A DNA stretch of 62,600 nucleotides, filler included, from Choristocarpus tenellus KU-1152 (lineage: Eukaryota; Protista; Phaeophyceae): assembly GCA_964200185.2 (NCBI GenBank). It is 11 parts of 11 records of this genome, joined end to end, with 100 filler letters (N's around TTAATTAATTAA, not from the genome) between each part and the next. Parts side by side here need not be neighbours in the genome. Positions count along the whole stretch, not along the records: positions 1 to 8,106 come from CAXNAD020005138.1; positions 8,207 to 12,097 come from CAXNAD020017322.1; positions 12,198 to 17,761 come from CAXNAD020010408.1; 8 more parts are not named here. One strand, 5' to 3'. This document shows positions 1 to 12,941 of this stretch, piece by piece. The notes beneath the pieces are model-generated. The model did no database searches, was not told the DNA's origin, and was given only the letters and a program-made list of their open reading frames with translations. The translations under genes were made by a program, and so were the position numbers. The number at the start of each line of letters is the position of its first letter. Position 1 is the stretch's first letter.

Positions 1-793
1 TTGTCGGCTATGATCGATTGGGGCTAACTTGTGTACTACCCACTTATTGATGCGGCTTTTGGGGGGGTGGGAGGGTGGGGGGATTGCTTGGGGTTTGTTC
101 TGTCTCTATTGGCCGTGTGCCAACTTTGAGGTGTTGACATCTATTGGGGGGGGGTTCAACATGGCCTTCAATGTATGAGGCTGTGGCAGTTTAAGAATTT
201 AAGTATATCCACTACCAAGCAAAGGAAAGTATCGCGCTGGAACTCTTACGATGTGAGAGTACACTTTTCAATAGCAGAGGATGCCTTTTTGACCAATTAG
301 CAGATTGTTATTCGAATGAAAACATTTAATCAGGAAGATGTACTGTATGCTATACATGTGCTGTTGTGTGTTAGATTGGGACCATTAAGAGCTTGAGAGG
401 GGAGGTGCCTGATTGCTTCAATTTGATGTGCTCTTTTTTCAGTCTTTGATAGCCATATTTTTATCGCATTGATGGGGGGGGGGAGGGTCGTGGACACCAT
501 TGGGTCCATCACAAGAGTTTGCAGTTATATTTTGTGCAAGAGAAGAGTGGGGATGAAGATGCAGAAGTGAAGTATTTTGTATGTGCTGCCCTACTGATTG
601 CCTGCACTTTTGAAGAACAGCTTAGGAGCACTAGAGGCTTACAGGGAATGAGTATGATGCACGCACATGATATTATCTTGACCGCCAAGCTATCTCTTGA
701 ATCTTGTCACACCTGTGTGGAAGCAACCCATTCTCCCTCCTCACCAAAAGCTTTAATATCTCTCCCCTGTGGTGTTTGTCAGAATTGGCACAG

Positions 794-1756
794 GAGCTCA
801 AGGAGATAGCAAAAATGGACCTTTCCATGGGTGAGCTCTCAGAGCTATCCCAGGACCTACGAATGCCCTTCCTACAGTCCTTACATGGTATTCCATCCTT
901 CCAACAAAATTTGTGGGTTAGGGTTAGGGGTAAGAATGAAACACCACAAGACAGCTCACCTGTGCCTGAGAACAGAGAAAAGTTATGCCCACTGGTAGGA
1001 CAGGAACTGTTGACTGAGTCATCACCAGGTTCAAAGGTTGAGTCACCAGCAGTTACAAATGTAATACCTCGTCCAGAAAAGGGACTTGGAGTGGGACCAG
1101 GACCAGCTACAGATGAAACTCCAGTTTGGGAGCGAATAGATCGTATTCGGACACGAGTTGGCCATGTGGGAGATGAGTTGAGTGATCGACTGTCTCGGGT
1201 GACAGAGGGTATGCTTCAAATGAAGGCAGAGGAAGTGCTTATGACAGCGCTCCACCTGCGCAGCCTGGAGGAGGGTACAGGACTGGCTTATGAGGAAGTC
1301 CTGTCCATGGTCCAAGCATGTGTGGAAGAGGGTGGTGGTGAAGATAGTTGCAGTAGATGTAGTGAGCCGGTTAACCAAAAGCATTGTGTCCCGCAATTGT
1401 ACTTACCAGGTCGTCTGTATTGGATTGGTTGGGAGGATGTTGGGGAGGTGTCAGAAGAGGGTGAAACTGCACTAGGCAAGACTTGGAAAGATGGTGAAGG
1501 GGGAGTTGTACGACGGGCGAATGCCAAGGATTTTGGATCCATCCATCTGTCGATGGACATGGGGAGTGACCACATTATGACGGCATACCAGGACAAGCTT
1601 CATGTTGCTGTGAAGAGTATGGGTATGCCAAGTGGTGAGAATATGGAGTCGAACAACTTGAAGGAGGGGTTGGAAGGCGTGAAGACTAATGAAAGAGAAG
1701 ACCTGGAGAAAGCTTCTAAGGGGCCTTGGGACTGGTCGAGGTTGTGGAAGAGGTAG
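794..1756 (+). CDS. Terminal exon of a lipase class 3 / diacylglycerol-lipase-like protein (5' exons not in window)
   Basis: Long open frame after the acceptor ggcacag|GAG at 793/794. The C-terminus PQLYLPGRLYWI...RRANAKDFGSIHLSMDMGSDHIMTAYQDKL matches the LYxPGR...F..I.LS..M..DH...Y tail of class-3 lipases, including the catalytic His. The GxSxG exon is absent. Confidence 0.7.
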   Translation, partial: ELKEIAKMDLSMGELSELSQDLRMPFLQSLHGIPSFQQNLWVRVRGKNETPQDSSPVPENREKLCPLVGQELLTESSPGSKVESPAVTNVIPRPEKGLGVGPGPATDETPVWERIDRIRTRVGHVGDELSDRLSRVTEGMLQMKAEEVLMTALHLRSLEEGTGLAYEEVLSMVQACVEEGGGEDSCSRCSEPVNQKHCVPQLYLPGRLYWIGWEDVGEVSEEGETALGKTWKDGEGGVVRRANAKDFGSIHLSMDMGSDHIMTAYQDKLHVAVKSMGMPSGENMESNNLKEGLEGVKTNEREDLEKASKGPWDWSRLWKR

Positions 1757-4700
1757 TACAACATTGCTGTGGCGAGGTTTTGGTCTGAATATTTAATACT
1801 ACGTAGTATTTTTTCACGTGTATGTGTTCAAGTTTTGCGTCCAGAAATGTGTTACTGATCGCAAGATATTAATGTATTTTTATTTTTGTGACCTAACTAG
1901 GAAATTTGTTCATTGTAAATATGAAGTGGTTCCTACACAATGCATCCTCAAAGGGGATTCTCATCACTTTCTGAAATGATGGTCATCTTGGCTCTAGTCC
2001 TCTGTTGTATGAATATGTAACGGTGTGATACAATGAGCAGCAAAGGAATAGAATATTTCAATCTTTATCACTCTTGATCATAGCATCCAATCCAACTGGT
2101 TCAATGTATTAGACGTTAGACAACTTGTGGGCTTTCTATTCCTGTTTGAGCTCCTCACCAAATCACCTTCACACTTGTATCGCACACCCTGATTCAAAGA
2201 GCCAAAGGAACAAGAAGAATCCCAAAAAGAATGGGGTTTAGGTTAGTGAGGACTGGTTTCACTTAGTGATCCTGGGGTTATCTACACCATCATCAACACC
2301 CACATATGTACATGAGGAGACCCCTGATAGCCAGCCCAAAGACACCCTTAGATGGGATGAAATGATGGAAAAGCCCCTGCAGCCTTACGATAATGTCACA
2401 GAAGTGGGGTAGGGACCCAAACGCATCCTGTCGATGAGTAATTTGTAGAGGGCACATAATTATAGCGATCTCATGTGTCCCCCTACATCGCCTCTGCCTC
2501 CTCTTTATCCCTCATCTAACACCCCACTGCCGGTGCTGAAGTGTGCACTGCTTGCACCTTTGAGAGATATCTGCTGATCGACTGCAGTTTTGGTGACTTT
2601 CTTCTCTGCTGTCCTGTACTTCTCCAGCTTTTCATTCTCTTGATTCATTTTTGCCATTTCGAGGCACCCCATGCCCTCGGCTACAGTGCCAGACGTGATA
2701 CTCATTCATCTTGGCCGTTTCATCTCGGAAAGGTTACAACGGAAGCTACTTGCTACTTGCAGTTGAGAATGATTTTATGAGATTGATCCCCTTAGGTGTT
2801 GAGAGGAAAAACTGACCTGAGAGCTTTGGGGGGTGGGACTATAGTAAGGTTACATCATTTTCTCTCGTTTGTTGTTGGGGTTGGAGTTCTTAGTTAGTAG
2901 GCCATTCTTCACCACTCAACTAACTATTGCCACCAATAATCCTAATCCTAACCTTACTCATTAGTCATCATGATCAATCATCAGGCTCTGAGCAGTATCA
3001 ACAAGTATCAAGAAGTACAACAACAGCATCCTCTACTAGCATTATTCCACAACAGGGACCCTCCCAATACTTTGGGCCCCTCTCGTGTACGAACCTTGCA
3101 AAGCCAAGTAATTCCTGTTCACCAATCCATCTGTGCCGATACGTTTCCAAAACCGGCTCCCTTCCTTTTATGTAGGTTTGTCCTCTCTCTTGTGCACGCT
3201 TTAAAAAAAACTGAAAAATAGAAACCAACAAACAAACAAACAACACCTCTTTGGGTCCCTCTCATGCACATACCGAATATAACCAAGAAATCCCTGCCCT
3301 ACCAATTACAATCCTACAGACTCTATTATTGAGCGTTTCTTCCTCTTTCGCAATTTTTTTAACATCGACTCCCATATATTATTTTCCGTCTCATCACAAC
3401 GTACACCTTACTATCCTACTTCAACTCATCGCAGATATCAGCTCTCGTCTTTGCGCGTAGGGTCGCCCACCCACTCACAAATACTTGTTTCAAAAATCGA
3501 ACATTATGAAAATCAAAACTTAAGAAAATAAGCAGGATAAGCTTTGTTCGACTGTCTTAACATCTCGCACATACTTTCAGTGTAAAAGCCCTATTTCCTC
3601 TCTGTCCATCCATGTGTATGTACGTTCCAGGACTACCTCTGGTTTTTCTGTTTGCTGTTTTTTTTTATTTGACGCCCACTATGATATTTTGTTATAATGA
3701 TAACTTAATATGATACGCCACATGCTCACAATAACAAAATATAATAGTGTAAGGGACACATTTTAAAAAGGGATTGCTCACCCTCCTGCCTTGTCTCTCT
3801 CCATTCCCTTTCTCCTCCTGTCGATCTTCCCGATTAATAGTACTAGAGAAGGGTCCTTCATGTGTATATGGTGCGGAAGATGCTGATAGGCAAGAAGGAA
3901 TGGTTGTAACCGGACAGAAATGTACCACTGGAGGGCAGGGGGGTATGAAGATCATGGAGGAGGTGGTACAGAAACAGCAGGATGGTTTATCTCAAATATA
4001 TCCATTGATGATGCATCAGGGGGAGCAAGGGAAAATTCAGGTGGTGATAGGAAGAAAGCAATAGAAGAGTCAAGAGAGATGATGAAAAGGTGCCTGTCCG
4101 AGGTAGATCCCCACAAATTTGTGCTGTACTCTGGGAAGATAGGGGTCGGTCCAAACTTACTTGACCAACTAAGAATTAACCCTTATTGAAGTGAAGAAGG
4201 GAGAAAGGTGGAGTTCGAACATTTTTCACGGTGTACTTCGTAATACATGAAGAGCCCGCAGATAGTTTGAAAAGATTGTGGTATGCCTCAGGGTCGATTA
4301 TTGATGGAAATGGGTTATTTGGGAGCTCCTATGTACAAAGGTTCTCGAAGATGTGCAAAGGAAGGTTCCTCTTCTTTCAAGGGGGAAGCAACCACGTTGT
4401 TGGCCATTCCCTAGAGGATGGAGCAGCATTAATTGAGCGGGTAAGTCAATCATTGGCAGGAGCTATAGTTTGTCTGTTACGTGTCCCTGTGGTAATGCTT
4501 GCTACGATAGCAGAGAGGAGGAGGGAGAGTCCGATGCCAGTTGATGCCAGCTAGCAGCCAAAGAAGGCAAGGTTTAACAGGCGATGTGTCTTTATGTCGT
4601 GTTTCATAATTCCATTTGTGACCTTCAAGTCCTAGATTTCTTATGTTGTACTTCTTGACAATTTCTTACAATTTAGTCATTATGATGCCATACACATGGT

Positions 4701-7578
4701 TGTTCAGTCCTATTTATACCCCAACCAAAAAAATGAAGTGAATAATCGAAGTGAGAGATCCAGCATTGTTGACAAAATTTCCTTCATGGCGCCCTCTGCA
4801 AGCCTGATCATCCACACACAGGCACGTGGACTGGAGCTACACATCCCACCATGGTAAGCTTGCGGTGCGCTTTGTAACAGAGGCACATAGATGACCCATC
4901 CCTTTGTAGTAATTCAGTGACCTGTAATACAAACACCAACGCACCTGTGTAATGATGGGGTACAACTTAGATAGATTTCGCTTTCAAAGCGACTGACAAG
5001 TCATTCTAGAACATGTTGAAAATAACACTAATGGAGGCATACAGACCATTGACTTGGCAGACAAGGCATAATCAAATTAAACCATGGCCTGGCCACAATT
5101 CAATTGTATTTGGGAAAAATTATTGCATTATACAATTGGAAGGAGGGGCGTGTGTGGATATTGTTAGTTGGCTATCCACGAGTTTGCATCTTTAGCTGTA
5201 GCTTGCACTCTAGTTCCTACTCCTCTCGAGTACATCATGTCATTTCTTCGAGTTTTGAAATGTAATCCGGACTATGAACGACCCAAGCTGCCTCCTCAAG
5301 GGGAAGGTTTCGAGAGTAATACTGTACAAGCAGGATAGGATTTGTTCCTCTTTTATGACGCCAGGCCATCAACATGTAGGTTCGTAGTATGACACGTAAA
5401 ACGTGCGAAAAAAAGAATGGTGGAACGTCTAGTACGACTCTATCGTTCACGTACTTCATACTATTGTTTAATGCAAACGATGCTTCTGAGTACTTTGTGT
5501 AGGGAATATCGTCTTTGATGTATATATACTACGAGTTGCATCAAAAAAAGCAGTGGTACATACTACAGACAACACAATACCATACACATTATTATTATGC
5601 AACATATTATAGTATATTGTATCACTGCCATATTATGCATCAGGTCAATTTCTCTCCGACATCCATACATTTAAAAATGCTATGGTATTTTGTACAGTCA
5701 GAAGCAAGGGCATCAAAGAAAAAAGAAAGCAATAGCAAATAATGGTGAAGAGGAAATGCATCAGCACCAAGAAATCATATCCTTACAGAGCCAAAATAAA
5801 TGAGAGGAACCCAGGTTGGTCGTTTTGCATTTCAAAAGTTTGCAATTCACCCATATTTCTATGGATGAAGTTCATAGTTTGACTTGAGAGCATATATTTC
5901 TCTATTGTTCAAAACTTGTCGACACCATGCAGAAAATAAACTATACACATTTGAAAAAAAGGCGAATTTTATACATATTTTGTAGCATCCTAAAAATGCA
6001 ACACAAGGTACCTCTCGTTTACTTCGACTCCAAATAAAAACTCAAATATATCCACAGCAAGAGAAGGTCCAGCTACGTGTACCAGGAGAACCTACAAACC
6101 CAAATGCTTGGTTGAGAGCCAGAACAAAAATAGCAACATGGACCTTTTTGCAATCAAGCCACCTTTCTCACCCTATGCAATACACCCTATTCCATTGCTT
6201 TATGGGCACAATGGTGAAAATTGGATATTCCCCCCTTCCACACACAAACTCACACCACAATTCAGCAAATTTTCTTTTTGGTCGTTACCGGAATATTCAA
6301 AATGCAACCGAGTCCACCTCTCAGATGGCTTCACTCAGAGATGAAAGGACAAACCCCTCCATTCACTACAGAAAAATACATGAAATATCCAGTATAATGC
6401 AGTCTAAGGCCAACAAGAAAAAAAAACACCAGGAGCACATAATAAATTACTAAAGAGGCAAAACATTGTGAAAGAAATAAGGGGGAGAACGAGTGGTTCC
6501 TACCAATCACAATAAAACGTAAAATGTCAATCCACCAAATGAAGACAACCAGTGCCTGTCACGGACAGAAAATAAAGAGCAACAAGCACAACCAGCCAGA
6601 ACCTTCATGTTATACAAAGATACGTGTGGTTTTTCAGTCTTCGTGCAACATATATATGCAAAAAGTGGGTAGAGTTATTGACACTTCCTGCCTCATCCTT
6701 GGAAGTCAAGATTTCTTCATTTTATGTTCAATCAAGAAGTTAAGTTCTAGCCTGATTGGATGTCAACAGAAGCAACGCATTTTGTCAATATCACCTAAAA
6801 ACTTCACAAACATGCCAACGATCCTTTTCCATATATATTGTGGAAGGCAGGACGCAGGAGTCCACCTCCTCAGCCATCTTATTCGTCAGCAACTACTCTC
6901 CACAAGGGACGATCAATCTCTTGGACAACCTCATCCACCCTGTTGATATAACTATCGACTGGTATGGCATAGGGATTGAGTACAACTGCTACAATCAATA
7001 AACGTTAAGTGCTTGCTTACAGTAGTGGTATACTCCTAACAGAAAGCAACACAAAAGGTACCTCCTCGCCCTGTTGTGGTGTAGGGCTAAGCTAGGTTAG
7101 AGGTATAGCAAGGGAGTGAGTGGTGTGTAGCATAACTTGGTTTTTAAAAGGTAAATAGATTTTAGAGAGATACCTTTCACATTTACGACAAATGTTACTC
7201 TTACAGGGGTTCTTAAGGTATTGAATTTGGCTTTTCCCTTGACACACGTCTACAAAATGTCAAACGAAATAATGTACAAGGTAATATACCAGAAGGACTC
7301 CATTTAACAAATCGAATGGAAGTTGCCTCAAAGATCCAATGACATCATGAATGACGTCAAAACAGATGTATAGATGAAAGTAGTAGTAAACTGTGAAGAA
7401 TTGCAAAACAATAAAAGGAAATACGAGATCTATTGTGCAAGTTGGAAGTTGCACCGATTATGGAAATCGGAGGACCAAGCAGGAGGTCATTAAACACCCC
7501 TCCTGTTGTAGGACACGGCCCACAACTTCCTTACACAAGAGCATATTCATCTACTTGCCCAACTCAACCTCAAAGACA

Positions 7579-8106
7579 ATGAAGTCTGCTATCATGGCTG
7601 TTGCTTGCGCTACCGGCGCCCAGGCCTTCGTGGCCCCCAGGTTCGCTCCGTTGAACTGCGCTTTGCCGACTGGTGTATTGATAGTTTAATCCCGCATGGT
7701 TGCCTTGCGCGTTGGAGCTTGCCATTTCCTATCTCAGGCGCGATAGTCTCTTCTCAGTGCACGTGATATCTCGATAGAGTAGTGTGTGGTCGGCTTGTTC
7801 TCGTTGTGGACAGTGGGTTCATTGAGGTTGGTGGACCTTTGCCGCATCGTCGAAGAGACCCGACCTTTTTAGTTTGTACTAGTTTGTAGTAGTCCAGATC
7901 ATCAGCTAACGCTGGTGACTCGATGCTTCCGTCTGCCCCCTTCCCCCTCCCCGTTTGCAGCGCCTTCAAGGGTGCTTCCGTGGCGACCGCCTCCAAGTCG
8001 TCCACTGCGATGAAGATGTCGTTCGAGTCTGAGATCGGCGCACAGCCCCCCCTGGGCTTCTTCGACCCTCTTGGGCTGCTGGCCGACGCCGCCCCGGAGC
8101 GGTTTG
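7579..8106 (+). CDS. LHCF: Fucoxanthin-chlorophyll a/c binding protein (Lhcf/FCP), 5' part, truncated by contig end
   Basis: Exons 7579-7640 and 7961-8106; GT-AG intron with a CTAAC branch point near 7906. Spliced product MKSAIMAVACATGAQAFVAPSAFKGASVATASKSSTAMKMSFESEIGAQPPLGFFDPLGLLADAAPERF has a bipartite plastid presequence (AQA-FVAP) and the FCP N-terminal GAQPPLGFFDPLG motif. Confidence 0.95.
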
Positions 8107-8206
8107 NNNNNNNNNNNNNNNNNNNNNNNNNNNNNNNNNNNNNNNNNNNNTTAATTAATTAANNNNNNNNNNNNNNNNNNNNNNNNNNNNNNNNNNNNNN
8201 NNNNNN
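8107..8206. other. Artificial contig linker (N44-TTAATTAATTAA-N44). Identical linkers at 12098-12197, 17762-17861, 36762-36861, 42565-42664, 45706-45805, 49295-49394, 52101-52200, 55103-55202 and 59067-59166
   Basis: Ten identical 100-nt spacers whose core gives stop codons in all six frames; the flanking sequences are unrelated. Confidence 0.98.
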
Positions 8207-8357
8207 GTTCTACACCAGGGTGTCCGTTTGAACCAAAACCAGGTAAAGTGCACTTTCATTGTCCATCCAACGTATGCAATCAAATCACCCAAAAATCGCG
8301 ACATGAGAAAATTGACCCCAAATGGACAGCCGTCACCCCCCCCAGATACTTTGAGCC
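8207..8357 (-). mobile_element. MITE copy, one terminus lost at contig end
   Basis: Reverse-complement match to the 52421-52605 element along its length; ends in CCCCCCCAGATACTTTGAGCC. Confidence 0.85.
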
Positions 8358-8977
8358 TTTACTTCTTCTTGGTCCACCTCTTCTGCTTATTTGAATCACC
8401 TCCCATAGAACAGAACTCTGTCACTCTCACAGGGGTACTTGTGCCAGTTCGTTTTGAGAAGGCATCAGCAGTGCTTTAAGAATAGAGTAAACATAGCTGT
8501 CACGAAACCAGTCATGTCTACAACAGAGAGTTACACCAAACAGCCTCAAAATATAATGGAAAAGGGAGAGTAACCCCACCACCCTCTTCCACACATGCTT
8601 GGACCATGGATAGGACTTCCTCATGAAGTAAAACATTTGAGACCCATCAATGGTTAGAGTTTGGAGGGGAGCATTTTTCATACCCCTACACACACACCAT
8701 GAATTTCAAGTCTCCAGTACAGAAAAAAAGCATAGAGTGGCTCACTTTAGAAAGAACAGGTGACATCAGTGGAAATGTGCATCACCAGGGAAGATCCTTT
8801 ACGTAACCCAGACCCCAACCCATTCCAAGCTCTCACAGACTTCAATGCCTTTCAAGACAAATTTGTTCTCAAGCAAGCCTTCACCACATAACTCCGCCTT
8901 GCCTAAAATATCTTCAATGAATATCTCTCGGGAGGCGTGCACGATAAAAGGTATACTCACTACAGTCACTAAGTCAC

Positions 8978-9162
8978 TCCCCTACCAATTTTTTCCCTGT
9001 TACTGATCACAGTATCATCAAGCACGTTACACGTAAGGACTGCCCTAGGTGTGACATTGGGATACAAAAGGAAATCCTTAGTGACGTGTGTCTCCCAGAA
9101 CCCAGAACCCTTTGTCAAATCAATATTCACCAGTTCAAACCCTTCCTGGAAACTCCCTGCAT
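8978..9162 (-). CDS. Probable exon or pseudo-exon encoding part of a C2-like domain
   Basis: Acceptor gtgcag| followed by ...FWETHVTKDFLLYPNVTPRAVLTCNVLDDTVISNREKIGRG, resembling the C2 L.+.V.D.D.+S....IG pattern. Gene context unresolved. Confidence 0.35.
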
Positions 9163-11871
9163 CTGCACAGTCAAAAAACAGAGTGTGATCTGTCACATGG
9201 GGGGGGGGTTGAATGGGAAACACAAGAAGTTAAGATAACCGCTTGAGGGCTAGACAGAGACTATTGGTTGATCGCCCATCAATCAAGCTGAGGAGTGGCT
9301 TTAACTCTAGGAACAGTCTGTTGATTGGAGTGACAGGTGAAGTACAGCATAATCTTGACCGAAAATGTTTGAGCCATTGTTCCACACCAACTACTTGAAG
9401 GGAGGTTGATTGAACAGACCAGTGTAGGTACTGTTGACAAAACAGTGCGTGTCAAAATAGGGTATGAAATTGTAGGTACCACCACCACATTGTCCCCAGC
9501 AGACTGTGATAGCCACTGCCTTCCGCCGTAAACATGAACCCAAAGTGATTCACTGAGGGAGTCTATCCTTCTATTCACTATGATCTCAAGGCGCATTTGC
9601 CTTGAACATTTGATGTACAAAGCCGTGATGCATATTGTAAAGGAGAGTGATACTAGGCACAACATTAGCATTTTGCAACTTAAGGGTACTACCGCCCATT
9701 TTGGGGTCCCATGTACTACTGCCTGGCAGAAAAAAAAAAGAAGGAAAATTGGATATGGCATAGATGAGGCTGTAGCATAGTCCTTGGTCGTGTCAAGTTT
9801 CAACAAAGGGTCACACTCAAAAAGAGTCGTAACTAGATTGCTGTTAGATGACTGGAAGCATGGCACCCCATCCTACCACAGCCTTTGTAGACCCCAGCCT
9901 CCTGCTTAACCTCACACAGATACCTGCTGCCGGAAATCACCAGCTCAGAGAGGTTAAGAGCTCTCAGAGAGCTGCTGTCCCCAAAGCTGGTCCTAGAGCC
10001 AAGCAGGGGACTGAGGTCAAACAAAGCTGAAGTAGGACAAGGTGAAACACTCCGGGCTATCAGTAGATAGCCTGGACAAAACTGCATTCGCATATGACTC
10101 TTCCCAAAAGTTGCTGTTGCTAAGGATTCACCCACCAACCCTCAAACAACAAAATCCACTAGGTTAGAACAATATGTCTGTCCCATCCTCAAAAAGACCC
10201 TATGTTCTTAGAGGATAGTCTCTTAGCCAAACAGCACAAGTGGTCGTCCTTGAGAATACTCCCCCAGCCATCCCCAATGAAATCATGCAGAACAACCAAG
10301 AGCCGCTGGGGGAGAGAACTAGAAATGAGAGAATCTCAGGGTGGTCACCCAGCTCTGCTTCCCCAGAGTTGCTGTAACTGTAGGAACGAGTGCACCGTTT
10401 GTAGAAAGGCAATACTAATAATAACAAGGGTTTTTACTGGTAAGGGACTAAAACCAGTTCAAGAGTTCTGGGTTGAGATTACACACCCCTTCATGCACTC
10501 AATGTGGTTGCCCAACCCATCTATGTCTGTAGTCTGTACAAGGAGGTTTCTTTGTTTATCCGTGAAACAGGAACTCGATGATCAACCTGTTGTCTCCAGA
10601 GCAACTTGAAAATACGGATAGTACACCTAGTGCTTTGAATATATATAAATCTATGATGTGTGGGTTTCAATTCGCCGTGGACAGGACAGGACACCCCCTG
10701 ACAATCATGTGCACAACCCCTCAAGTCCACCTGACGCACACTACTATTGTGTGGGTACGTACCCAAAATTGTAAACAACAATTAAGGTATACCTGAAATT
10801 TTCCAACCGTAAGAGGTACGATTCTCCATGTTGCTAGATATCACTCAGATATTGCTGGTTCCCTCCATACACACAATGAGTCCTATCCTCTTGATCTTTC
10901 GAACCTAAAACAGGTAGCACACCCAATTTTGTTCACCCAATAGTTTGGATACGTATTGTGTATACAAGAACAGCAGAACAAAAGTGTTTCTTCCACTATC
11001 GCCTACTACAGAAATGTGGGGGAGGAAGCATTGTGGGTTTCCACACACACTTGAGGGCGTTCCTAGCCAGAATAGGGCCTCAGGCATACCCTACGCCTGC
11101 TGCCATGCAGGTGTACCTCCAGGTTGGGCACCTCACGTTATTGGTCTCCATTACCTTGGTCACTATGTATGACTGACCACTTCCAGTGTTGCACTAACTG
11201 GGTTGTTCAAATTTCCAGCAATTGGTTTTCCTCCTCAAGGTTCATCAGAAGATGCATGGCGACCGCCTTTGTTTCCATGATTGATGGAAACGACACTGAA
11301 GGAGGGGGGGTGGTCTCAGGGATGGGCCCCACTCGGGATATCCTTGACAATATTGAGACTGACCATTCACCGCTATTCATATTCACTACACATGCAGACT
11401 ATTTATTGTCTTTGTAATCATTCAATAGGACAAGGAGTAGGTCAGACACACAACAGGCTCTGGTGCGCCTGAAACATTTTCACAGGGTCAATGTGTAGAC
11501 AAAAGACTTGTTTCTCTTCTGACTGATCACATGTTTATTCTGTGTGGTCAACCAATGTGACCTGAGACTCATCGCTGGCCTCACCAATCACACCTCTTCT
11601 TCCGTTCAGAGCCAGCGGTAGACAAGATCTTGATATTCTCAGGATTGTGAACCAATACAGGCACATGCTACCCAAGCTATGTCTCACTTCTTTTTCATCT
11701 TTTGATGATTCCCATCACTCTATATCACAAAAAATTTACCATTTTCAAATGATAAGGTACGGGGAAAAAAAAAGTTGAAAAAAAACTCGAAGTGCACGTA
11801 ACGTTTATCTCCTGTTACCCATACCATACCACAAAATGTTGTACTATGTAGTACTATGTAATAGAACTCAC

Positions 11872-12050
11872 CTGGGACTGGCGTTATCACCAGCAAGCCA
11901 ACGCTTGGCAGCTGCATAGGCCGGAAAATAAAGCCCTGAGAAGGGAATGTCCCTCATAAAACATGCCCCTGCACCTTTGTACAAACCTACCAATCCCAGC
12001 TCTCGTACAATACTCAAAGCTGGCTTGGGGGTAATGGTGGGTAGCCCTTG
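11872..12050 (-). CDS. Internal exon of a mitochondrial carrier, aspartate/glutamate carrier (aralar/citrin, SLC25A12/13)-like
   Basis: [39 protein letters not shown] is the characteristic repeat-2 segment; donor cag|gtgagt at 11872/11871. The 5' boundary is approximate. Confidence 0.88.
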
Positions 12051-12762
12051 AAGTTGGTCACAATACATCACACGGGAAAAAGTGTCAGGGGGGATGGNNN
12101 NNNNNNNNNNNNNNNNNNNNNNNNNNNNNNNNNNNNNNNNNTTAATTAATTAANNNNNNNNNNNNNNNNNNNNNNNNNNNNNNNNNNNNNNNNNNNNGGA
12201 GCCAGTAACGGTTTTGGTATGCTTATATGTATGGCACACTACATATTGTATTATACAATACAAACATACACACATAAGTCTTCTTCTTCTAGTTATAAAT
12301 ATTTTATTAAAGGGTGATAAGGTTTGTACAAGAAAGGGATAGATAGGTCACATCCAACAAAAAAACTAAGTCGACAAAGAAGAAGGAACACATGTTTCAT
12401 ACTATACATACATGAAAAGCTTGTACTTCTTCTCTTCTCACTTTTGTTTGGAGAGCTTTTTTCAAAGGTTTTAGGCATTTTGAAAAAAGCATTTGGCAGG
12501 ACATCATGATCTTTTTTGGTGATATTTCCTGACCTTACGAACAATATTTCCGACACCTTTTTTGGACCAATTTTGCGAGACTTTTTGTGACATACATGTC
12601 CAACAATTTTTGCGACTCTTCGCAGTCATTTCATACATTTTCCCAACACTTTCTTGAACTCTCTTCTTGGGTCATTTCGGACACTTTCTCGTGCCTTGGA
12701 GGCCAAGGGTTATTCAAGATTGTATCATGCAATTCAGAGATGCACATATATTATTTGCGTAA

Positions 12763-12941
12763 GGTTCGAAGTATCTGGGGGGGGGGAGCGATGGCTGTCC
12801 ATTTGGGTCAATTTTTCAACGTCACGATTTTTGGATGATTTGGTTGCGTACGTCGGATGGATAATGGAAGTGCACGTTTCCTGGTTATGGTCCACATGGA
12901 CACCCTGGTGTAGACCCTCCCCCCCCCACATACTTTGGGGC
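12763..12941 (+). mobile_element. Full-length MITE copy (179 bp)
   Basis: Termini GGTTCGAAGTATCTGGGGG and CCCCCACATACTTTGGGGC are degenerate TIRs; TAA on both flanks; interior homologous to the 52421-52605 copy. Confidence 0.85.

Noticed and set aside
8107-8206. Recurrent TTAATTAATTAA palindrome between N-runs, and ORFs ending in XXX-LIN
   Set aside because: Artificial concatenation linker with six-frame stops. It is not biological, and gene neighbourhoods across linkers are meaningless.
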